Assembly: GCA_001643675.2 (NCBI GenBank)
Contig: LSRY02000028.1
Span: 930,001-994,000, forward strand
Length of the DNA stretch: 64,000 nucleotides
Reading direction: 5' to 3'
Origin: Monocercomonoides exilis PA203
Taxonomy: Eukaryota; Protista; Preaxostyla
Position 1 is the first letter of the stretch, and each line of letters opens with the position of its first letter. A program made the position numbers and the translations under genes. Shown here one piece after another: positions 48,659 to 59,000 of the stretch. The notes beneath the pieces were generated by a model. It was not told where the DNA came from. It made no database searches and worked only from the letters and a program-made list of their open reading frames with translations.

Positions 48659-49942
48659 CTTTGTCATTCTTCAGTCCCATGTTTCGCTTGCAGTTCGTCC
48701 AGAAAGATGAATGAATATTCAATGAATTGGGAATCTCAATTTCAACTTCTCTTTCCTTTGCTGTTGGATGGTTTAGCGACGGTCGTGTAATCTCTTCAAT
48801 AAATGATTGTGATGAATCATATGAATTTTCCATTCTGGTGAATTCATTGTACTTTACAAATTTAAAAATGAATATAAAAATTTTTGATTTAAATAAATTA
48901 AAAAAGAATAAATGAAAATAGAAATCGATGACACATTGAAGAAATTCGTCGCAAACTTTTCGAATTTCTCTGTTAAGTTTTGATTGGACCGATCCCATTT
49001 CTCCGACATCAAAGCAAAGAAGAACTGAATGGACAGGCGCAAATACTTCAAAATGGTTTGCTACCTAATTATGTACAATTAAATATTTCGTTAAAACATT
49101 CAATCATCATTTTCTCTGTAAGAATAAATATATATCAAACTCTTTTTGCGTCTTTCAAATCGGATGGAAGCCCCTCAACCATTACTGAATAATCAGAGCA
49201 CGAAAGTCCTCTGAACATGTTTCGTTTCATTGTTTGTCTCAGCACAATTTTGATAATAAACATCCCCAACAAATAGCATACGATAAATACTAACTCCAAC
49301 ACAACTATCCATCTAAGTTGTTTGAAAATGATTAAATTACAAATTTAAAATGTAATAATTTTTCGTAAAAATGATATTTTCAAACCTCAAAAAACCAAAA
49401 TCAACTGTATTCATCCACCTTGCAATAACCATATTTGCCAATGAGAAGTGAAGTAGACCATCTGTTGAAAAAGGCTTTGAAGTCGAGAATTGCGAGAAAA
49501 AAAAGATCAATCCTCCTGCGAAGATTGTAAGGACAATCCAAAGGATGCTTATGTTTTTCTTTGAAATTCACAATTCATTTTCAAGCGAATTTTGTGAAAT
49601 TGTTTGAGATTGGATTTATTAAAATAATTGTTCAAACGATGAAAGAAAAATAAACTGATGCGGAGAGGCCACCATGAGCTTTTTCAACGGATTTTGTTAA
49701 CGGAACTGAATAAAGAATCATAAAAAATAAAATTTGTTGGTAGTTATAAATTATACCTGCTGATTGCTTGGTGACTTTATTTCTGTTTGTTACACGAAGC
49801 ATTTTGAAAGTTTGCCCATATAGTTGTGCTTTCTTTACATGTTAATATAAAATAAAAATAAAAATAAAGTATTTCAATGAAATTCGTTATGTATTTCTTT
49901 TTTTAAATGAAAATATACTGATAGTTTTGTAAATAGAGCCAT
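41568..49942 (-). CDS. OSCA/TMEM63 (CSC1/RSN1, DUF221)-like multi-pass channel with very long disordered C-terminal tail, ~2470 aa; exons 49942-49919, 49832-49757, 49705-49638, 49558-49386, 49312-49141, 49064-48957, 48851-48659, 48493-48298, 48186-48057, 47849-41568
   Basis: Nine phase-consistent GT-AG introns give HGGLSASVYFSFI-KNISILW, LLHFSLANM, DYSVMVEGLP, TVAFVIFEFVSDAQRVC, VEPGDIDFVHL and FPFEHRVS...APIFPLIIP...FFTDKYNIFRVY, the ordered motifs of the OSCA/TMEM63 fold. The first two exons are less certain. Confidence 0.75.
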
Positions 49943-50320
49943 TCGGGCATGAAATGTGGGTCTTCAAATATTTTTTTGGAGTTTTTTTTATTGTTGTTTG
50001 AATTAAAAGAAAATTCGTATTCTCAATAGACTGTATTATTTTGAAAATAGAAACAATGTGATTTTCATAAAAATACACTCAACAAATACAAATTACCAAC
50101 TTTTCAGTTGAAAAAAAAATCAAAAAAATCCTTCACAAACAATATTCAGAAATGCACATTTTAAAATATTGCATCAAATTTATCTCATAGAGTAATACAA
50201 ATAAAAATCATACAGTTACTCCAAACAAGTTTGAAGCAAATGTGCAAAATTATGAAAACATCCAGACGAAGTTTTTCAGACAAATAAACAAAAATTATAA
50301 AAACTCTACATTTTCAGCGT

Positions 50321-50948
50321 CTATTGCGATGTTCCATAAGATCCTTTTGATGGATCGTTTTGTGCAGCTTGTGGAGAATATTGCTGTGCAGGATAAGCTG
50401 GTTGTGAGTATCCAGGTTGCTGTTGAGGGTATGGTTGTTGTCCACCAACCATTGGTTGTCCCATTTGCACAACGACTTGAGGATGTTGTGTTGCAAGAGT
50501 GGCAGCTCTTTGTTGAGCAGTTGATCTAATTTCAGCGTTGCGAGCTTCAACTTTGCTGCTCAAACTGCATCCATCGATCAACTGTCCAATTCCACATAAA
50601 CCTCCTGTGAGGCAATAAACAATCCCCATAATAGTTTCTCCAAGATAAATACGATGCATTCCAGCAACTCCAACAAAGCAAGCAGCCCATGCAAGACATG
50701 CTGTTGAAGAACTAAATTGTCCACTCCCCCAAGCAGGTACGCCCATTTTCACGGTTGCTTGAATCTCTGGAGACCTTAAATAGTAAATAATGTTGAATAT
50801 TTATTTGAAAATTTGGTTATAAAAAATATAAAAATATGTACCATTGAATTCCATCAAAAGAGCGTGGATCATTGAGATTGACCTGATTAGAAGCTCCCAT
50901 CATTTGCGGTTGTCCAGGGTAAACACCAGTTTGATATTGCTGTGCCAT
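50321..50948 (-). CDS. TM2-domain protein (186 aa) with Gln/Pro/Tyr-rich termini; exons 50948-50842 and 50774-50321
   Basis: AWAACFVGVAGMHRIYLGETIMGIVYCLTGGLCGIGQLID matches the TM2 signature (G-x-x-G-x-H-R-x-Y-L-G...G-x-x-Y-x-x-T-x-G-x-x-G-I-G-x-x-I-D). The 67-nt intron 50775-50841 joins MAQQYQ...IQW in frame. Confidence 0.88.
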
Positions 50949-51794
50949 GAAAAAATTTTTTCAAGAAGAAGAATGATCTCACTTATTATTTAGTACAAGA
51001 TCATAACTGTTTATGGTCTATGATCAAATCGATTATTTTTTGTTTTCTCTCATAAAATGAGTTTTCGTTTCTCTCCTTTGTAATATTAAGTTTTTGGCAT
51101 TTCAAATAAAATGTGGAGATATTATGAAATTTGGAGGAGTTGAATCTGAATGAAGAAGTTTGTTTCGTCAAAATTTTTGAAAGAGAATACACCGAAAAAC
51201 AAAATTGGTTTTCACATTCGATTTCAAAGCAAACAATTATATAATATTTATTATTTATATAAGGGATATTTTAATATTGAATTGTTCTTTTCACTTTTAA
51301 TGATTTGATGAAAGATATTTTCTTTTGTAAGCGCTAATTAACCTTCCAAATTGAGAAATAGTTATGTTGATTTTAATTACTTTTTAAAAAATTGCTTCAT
51401 TTTTTGATTTTCAAAAGTTCGACATCACAAATGTGAAACCAATAATTGATGAATTCCCCGTGATTTTTCTGAATTTGAATAAAAAATACTATCAGCAATC
51501 TCGGATTTGCTATCTTTAATGGCAACGGAATTGAGTTTCCGAATTTATGAATTTTTTAGAGATAAATTATTTATCATCAAAATATAGAAAAATAGAAGAA
51601 AACTTATTTCACAAAGATAATATTTCGCGAATTCTAATTATAACTTGTAAATTGAAGTGATTTAATAGTTGTTTTTAATTTCACATAAATTTTTATGATA
51701 ATGAGTCAACGAGTATGTTCAAATTGAATATTGATCAATGTGTACATACTTGGAAAGTTTTCGATCAGTTATCATTTTTGTTTCTCACCTGTAA

Positions 51795-52459
51795 ATGTCA
51801 CTCTGGAACGTTGGGCAATGGCATTGGGAAGGTTTTTTTTCACACGTTATATGCAAATTTAATTATTTGAAATTAATTGCAAAATTGCACCTCAATCATT
51901 TGTTGTTTTGTAAATGAAATATTTTGCATTGGTTTTTACTCTTAAAAATGAATTTTTCAAAACTTCAAATGTAACAGAACGTCCTCAAACAACATGGTCA
52001 AAAGAACGTATTCCGGAACTTCTTAAAGAAGTTATCATTCCATTTGAGGACGGATCCATTACCATCGAGTCCGTTGACACTGTTGATGGCGATGCACAAA
52101 TTAATGTGAGGAAAGGAAAGCGTATTGTTACGTATGAAATGAAGGTTAAAGGAAGTTGGAAGGGTACTTGCGGAACAGGAACAGGAAAAGTTACAAAAAC
52201 AGGGAAGTTTGATATGCCCTATGTATGCGAGGATGTTGATGATCATAAATTCCAAAGTTTGCATTTTTAATTGTAATTTAATAAGCTTATGTTATTATTA
52301 AATATGAATATTCATAACTTTTCGTTAGTTGATTTTACGGCCGATGAAGCCGATGACGAATCTGTCCGAATGAAAGAGAAATTGAAAGCTACAAAAGAAC
52401 AAATCTGGGCCAAATTTGGACAATGGATCAAAGAAATGGAAGAAAAAGAACTCCATTAA
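51795..52459 (+). CDS. Stand-alone Aha1 N-terminal domain protein (Hsp90 co-chaperone, Hch1-like), 148 aa; exons 51795-51831, 51978-52256, 52329-52459
   Basis: Spliced product MSLWNVGQWHWEERPQTTWSKERI...VDGDAQINVRKGKRIVTYEMKVKGSWKG...GKFDMPYV...WIKEMEEKELH*. It carries the WHW motif and the RKxK loop of Aha1_N. No START-like C-domain before the stop. Confidence 0.85.
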
Positions 52460-53577
52460 ACACCTTAAATTCTCTTGTTTTCATCTCACATAACCATTCG
52501 TTTCATCAAGCATTTTCATCTTCTCAAATTTGTACGTGTTTAAAATATTTTTTAATGATAATGTATTGTTATGTTTTTAACATTTGAAAATTCAACACTT
52601 TTTTTGTTTAACGATTATTTGTGGAAGTGTAATTGTTAAACAAAGTTTATATTTCTTTAAAGACAAAAAATAATTGACAACATATGAGAATTTGAAAGAG
52701 AAATCATATAAAGTGATTGCTCGAGTATTCGTGCCTCCAATTTTTATCAGTATTGTTTATATTTTAAAGAACTTTCACCAAAAACTCTTCAAAACGACAT
52801 TTTTTTTTTCTGCTGTGGAATCTCATTTGAAAAAAAAAATGTAAAAAAATAAAATAAAATTGAAATTGAAATAAAAGAAAAGAAAAGAAAAATGAACACT
52901 AAGTATTATTGTGGTTGAAACATTCATAGAAAGAAAATATATATGAATATGTAAAAAGATTTTTGAATTTATAAACAGGAAATGAATGGAATTATTGATA
53001 AACAATTGAAAAACAAAAATAGTTAACTTCAAGTGAAAATATGATAATGAAACGATATTTTTTGCTTTATGAATTCTATTCCATTCTGCACATTTAATTG
53101 AATATCTCTATTATGAAAATTTTCCTTTTTTTTTTTTTTTCACATGAGAATAAAAGACAAATCATGATAACATTGTGGAAAAAGTTTGAAACAAATTGTT
53201 GTTTTTTTCATAAATGAAAGAATTTAGCCCCAATGGGAATGACGGACTTTTTTTACTTCCCTTCAAAATTGGTTCCATCTGGTGTATAAGGTGGTTCAAC
53301 AGAATCTGCAGCTCAAAATAGTGGGCTTTCAGACAAATATTTGGGACAACTGATTTGTTATCGTGCCGAAACCCTTTGACTTTCAATGATAAAATAATTG
53401 CTCTTGGATGACTTTCAATTTCCAATTAATTTATTCATCATGATGTTTTGACATCTCTTTCTTGAGATGCAATCTTTATTTGTCCACTTTCTGTAGCTCG
53501 AGCGAACATTCTTTTCAAATTGTGCAAAATTCTTTGAAAAATTCTTTTTGTCAAATAATAAGGTGAAAATGAAAGTT

Positions 53578-53630
<53 letters not shown>

Positions 53631-53772
53631 ATTCCAACTCATCGAAATTTCCAGGAATGGAAGAAAACATTAGACAATGTTCAAATATTCACGCTTATAA
53701 ATATTTGTGAGTTGGAATGAAACATTGATGAAAATGAACAACAATCATTTTTTCCGGCAAAAGGAGATGATA

Positions 53773-54207
53773 GGGGAACACGAATTTTACAAAATCTTTA
53801 TAATAAACGGAAATAATATTGTATAAGAATCATTTATAAATTAATTAAAATATGAGATCATCAATCATTAAAAATTCTTTTTTTCAATCAAAACATTTTG
53901 ATCTGACCCAGTATTTTTTAATAATTTGGGTTAAAATTCTAAAATAATATCAACATTAATAGATTGGTTTAGGTTCTAGGGTTTGCGTAACAAATCTTGG
54001 GTTTAGGGTTTGTTCCCGTTCTTCTTTTTAGGGTTAGCACTTAAAAATAACATGAAAATTTATTGATCTATCCCATAAATACTAAGAATCCTTGATTATT
54101 ATTTATCAAAAAAATTTGATGATCTCAAATTTTTATTAATTAATAAATGATTCTTATACTATATAGAATTCGTTAATAATAAAAAATTTGAAAAATTCGT
54201 GTTCCCC
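53773..54207. mobile_element. 435-bp MITE-like element with ~90-bp imperfect TIRs (GGGG...CCCC) flanked by TA
   Basis: Left GGGGAACACGAATTTTACAAAATC...GTATAAGAATCATTTAT...GAGATCATCAA mirrors the right end TTGATGATCTC...ATAAATGATTCTTATAC...AAAATTCGTGTTCCCC. TA lies on both sides. Confidence 0.82.
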
Positions 54208-55277
54208 TATAATATACATTTGCCTTTTTTCCTTTAAATGAAACAAAAGGAACTATTCAAAAAATATTGTTATTCGAATGCACATGGAAAGTCATTGTTT
54301 TCCAACAGACCGACGATCAATCAAAATTTTGGTATTTTCAGATGATTATCAATATTATCGAATCGAAACAAATTGAAGAAAAATTCTTTTTGTTATTGTG
54401 CATATTCAAATATGGATGAATATCGTTTGCACTTTGGGCAGTCATTTATTAATTGGTTTTTTTATATAAAAACCTTTAACTCATTTTATTTTGTTCCTAA
54501 AATTTCGTTCATTTTTCATTCATTATATATCACCTGTCGTCATAGCAATTTCATGAATTAGTGATTGGTCTTGATATTGATTTTTTTCCCTGTTCAAGAA
54601 AAATTTTTTCCTTAAAAATATTTGATGTGATTTTTTTTCGAATTTTGGAACTCTTTGAAATTGATCTTAAAACACATTTGGGGGAAAATACGGACTTTCA
54701 AGCTTTTTATGCACAAAGCAAGAGAAAATTGTTTTTCTAATAACTTTGTTTCGTTTTCTCAGATTTCAAAATAAATTTGATTTTCAATTCATTCAACAGG
54801 TATCGTTGAAATCAAAACAAAAATTTTCCAACATTTCACGAACGTCAAAAAATTAAAAATTTTAATTTTGTTTTTTGATATCAAAAAGTCAATGAAAAGT
54901 GAATAATTTTACAATGAAAATGCCTGAAACAAAATATATAGCCCCATTTGTTCTTAAAAAATAAAGAAAAGCACATGTCAAAAAAAAAAATATTAATTGA
55001 AAAAAATAAACAACATTGATTTAATGCAACAGTGTTAAAAATTCATTTAAGTTTATGCAATAAAAAATTACCACATTTTCTTTTTCGTATTAAACAGTTT
55101 CTTCGAACAAAAAATATTGAATAAAAAATTTTTTGGACGAAATTATAGGTTTTATGAATTTCTTTTTCACAGCAAATTTCAATAATTTTTCTCAATAAAG
55201 AAAATTAAAAGATATTTAAAGCATTGTTATGAAAGTCTTGTATTAAATGATAGAGAAAAAATTAGGAGCAAATTGTG

Positions 55278-55443
55278 TTTTTTTTTTTTTTCTTTTTTCT
55301 TTTTCTTTTCTTTTTCTTTTTCTTTTTCTTTTCTTTTTCTTTTTCTTTTTTTCTTTTTCTTTTCTTTTTCTTTTTCTTTTCTTTTTCTTTTTCTTTTTCT
55401 TTTCTTTTTCTTTTTCTTTTTCTTTTTCTTCTTTTTTTTTTTT
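55278..55443. repeat. Polypyrimidine (TTTTTC/TTTTC)n tract
   Basis: About 165 nt consisting only of T and C. Confidence 0.9.
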
Positions 55444-56033
55444 GTCTTAAATGTTAAAAAATTGTCTTTTTTATCATCTTCCACTTTAATTCACAAACAT
55501 CCTTTGTTTGATGGAAAATAAAATTTATTTTGATTAATATCGATTATTTTTGAAAAAAGAGAAATTAAAATCTTTTTGTTTTTTAAAAATATTACAACCA
55601 AAAAATTTTTTCAGACTTTAAAAAAAAGAGAAATGCTTCATCCAGTATCCAATAAAACAAAAATATAAAAACTTAAAAAAAACAACATTGCATTCACAAG
55701 TAATGCTCTGAAGTATTCTTTTGCATACAAATAATTTTGTTTACAAATATAAATATTAAATATTCTCAAAATGTAAAAATAACCATTATTTTCCAAACAG
55801 ATTTCTACAAAAAACTGTTCATTTATCAGTTTCATGCAATGCACACATTTTAATCGAGCATTGGCTTTTAATTCTGTTGATATAAATACAAACTTCGACA
55901 TTGATATTTCCTGCAGAATTTGACAAATAAAATATTGCTCTTTCAATCCGAAGCTCATTCTTTGCAATCACTCAAGTCCATCATCTTTAGAATTAATATT
56001 AACACTCATTTTGCTTTGATAATTTTTTGGTTA

Positions 56034-59000
56034 TCAATTTTTACTTGGAACATCATTCTTTTGCGCCTCAGAATAAAATATCTTTATCGATGGTTCGAGG
56101 AAGTTTTCACCAGCAGTTGCAAATATCTCACTTTTCTCACTTGCACTTTTCCTCCTCTTTCTTCTTTCCAGATCAGAAACGGGAGTCGCTGGGGTTATTG
56201 AGGAAATTCTCTCGTTCGAACTCGATACATTGGAAGCAACTGGCATTGGAGATACATTCAACAGCAGGGCAGATGAAGTTGTTGATGGTGGAATTCGAGA
56301 AATAAGTGGCTGATCACCTGATTCACGAGCACTAAGAGAAGACACCAGGCGAAGAGACGGAGAAGTTATTGAAGGTGACGAAGTTGTAAGCGAATGATTC
56401 TCCATAGGCAATGCAGGTGACGGAGGAGGCGGTGGTGGATCTATTTCATCATCCACATATTTGCCACCTTCATCGCGTCCTTGCTGAACATTTGATGTTC
56501 CAAAAACAAACCCCTTTTGCAGCGCATTTGTAGAATATTTTGTCCTCTTCCACATTGGAACTGATGGCGCATGATGTCCGTGCAACACACTATCATTAAA
56601 AGAGCTATGCTGTGCATCATCTTTGGTCTCATTTGAACGATTGCGAGGTGTATTCAAAAGATGTGCATTCGTTTGCTTGTTAGCATTCGACAAAACATTA
56701 GTTCCCTGATGTGCAAAATGATGGTGTGCTGCTTCTTTGTTAACAGCTAATGCGCTGATTTCTTTGTGATTCACAAGGATAGTACTCGACAAATCATCGC
56801 TTCTCTCATCCTTCCAAGCCATCGAACGCGATAACGGACCGATCAACCTCTGCCTTTCAGAAATGTCTGTATATCTCCTTTCTTCCGCCCCGTCTTTTCC
56901 CCTACGCTCGCTTCGAGGAGTTGGTCGCGAAGCTCCAGATGTAGATATTTTTTTCCTGTCGAAAGACCCATCAACTGAAAACAAAGAAGAAGAAGAAGAA
57001 GCAGATGGAATTACATCAGCACTAGACAGATTAGAAGACTTTCGCTGCGGTGCGCCAACCCCTCTCATCAAATAGTTTTTATCAAATAAATGAGGACCCA
57101 CAGTGATGGCAGATGAAGAAGCAGCAGAAGATGTGAATGGAACTGAATGAGATTTGCTTTGACTGATTCGAAGAATATTTTCCTGTCTAATTGTCGAATG
57201 CGGTGTCATTCTAACTTCAGCGCTTTTCAATTCATCTTTCTCTTCAGGAGAACAATCTTTCTTTGCTTTCTCTGATACTTCTTCAATCTCAGATTTCTTT
57301 ACTTCTTTTCCAAATACAATATGATGCAAATGTGGAGGTGAAAGAGAATCCGTTTGCCTTCTGGCTGACAATTCTTCATTCTCTATCATAGTTGGAGCTT
57401 CTGAAACGCTTTTATTTTCTTCTTCTTTTAGTTCGTTTTGCATCCTTGCCTTTTGTTCCTTCCATCGTTTCGGATGAGGCCTTTCATTTGGTTTGATTCT
57501 CACTGAAAATGGAATAGTTGCAGATGAACATTGTCTCCCTTCTTTCTCTGTTGTTGCACCCATCTTTTCAGACATTGTGGAAGCTGCTCTTTTGGCATTC
57601 AAATTGCTTTCAATCGAATTATTTTGAATCGACACCGAACGAATAGCTGATGAACTCTCGTCACTTAACTCACTAATTCTACTTGTTCCCCTGGTTTCTG
57701 AATATTCTTTTGTACTTCTTTCGGTAGATGCTCCTAAACTTACACGAGAAGCAGACGAAGATCGAGTTGAAATGTGCAAACGAGATGTTATTGAATTCGA
57801 TATGTCTGCTGTTGAATGAGAGCGAGAAGATGAAGGTGAAAATCCTTTTCGCTCTCGAAGTGCTGAAGTGCTGCCTTTTGCTCCTCCCTTTGAAGAAGAA
57901 AGCTTTGCATCTTGTTTTTCCTCGTCCGTTTGCATATCCTGTTGTGTCTGATGCAATGAATTCCAGGAACTGAGCGATACTTGTGAACTATTCATGCCAT
58001 CTCCACCAAGTCTTCTTGCTCTTTCCGCCAGAATGAAACTCCTTTCTTTTTGTTGTTTTTCATCTCCTGTTTCATCTGATGCATTTACAGATTTGTTAAT
58101 TTCGTATGTATTATTCTTTGTAGTTGCATCCGTTCTGCTATTTTGGAGATATCTGTAATCTTTAGGTGAAATTGAAAACTCTGGTTCTATTTCTGGTGAA
58201 GATTCGACAATTGGTACATCTTCATTTTCATTCTGCGAAGAGCTACTGCTCCCGTCCAAAGGCGAAGATGGAAATATGTGTGGAACGTCATCTGCAGGTG
58301 AAGGCATTGGTGTGCTTGACATTTCGCGTTGCATCTCTTCTTCATCATCTTCTTCTGAAGATGAAGAAATCAAATTTTCTTCCTTTTGCTTCATCGGTAA
58401 AGGAGATAAAATATTGGAAGATCTTAGAGATGCTGGCAATGGAGGTTGTACAAAACCTTGCTTTGCTGACAAGCTGGTATTTGTTCTCAGTATTTCACTG
58501 AGTGGAGAATCTGCTTTGTAGTTTGGTTGAACTGAAGTTGGAGTGACAGAATAAAAGGGCTGTGTTTGAGCGGAATACTGTGACTGATAAGGTGCCAAAG
58601 AAGAGCTGGTTGAAGGATAACCACTTGATGTTGAAGAAGCATATTTCCCGTTTAATTTCATTCCATTTACACCTAATGACTCAAATCTACGATCATTCAG
58701 TTTTATTTGTTTCGCTACAAGTCCGTCTTCAGTTGTTAATGAAGGACTGTCACTTTCACCTGTTACATTCGCTCTTCTTGCTGTTGGCTGCACCCACTCT
58801 CCCTCACCAAGCATTCGATGGAATTTGTTTTCATATGCTCTTCCGCTAATCGAATCTCTGACTGACAGTTGTCTTCCTCGCGGAGTTGTCAATAAATCCG
58901 CACTCCTCCTTTCTTCGTCTGTAACATTTCTTTGGGTGGAGCTGCTTCTGCTTTCATTCCCACTCTGTCTATCTCTGTCTCTTGAATTCCCTCTTCGCGA

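Noticed and set aside
51701-51712. Possible micro-exon ATGAGTCAACGA|GT for the Aha1-N gene
   Set aside because: No suitable in-frame acceptor, and ATG 51795 gives a complete N-terminus.
55227-55521. Lys-rich and Phe-rich ORFs
   Set aside because: Translations of the polypyrimidine microsatellite.
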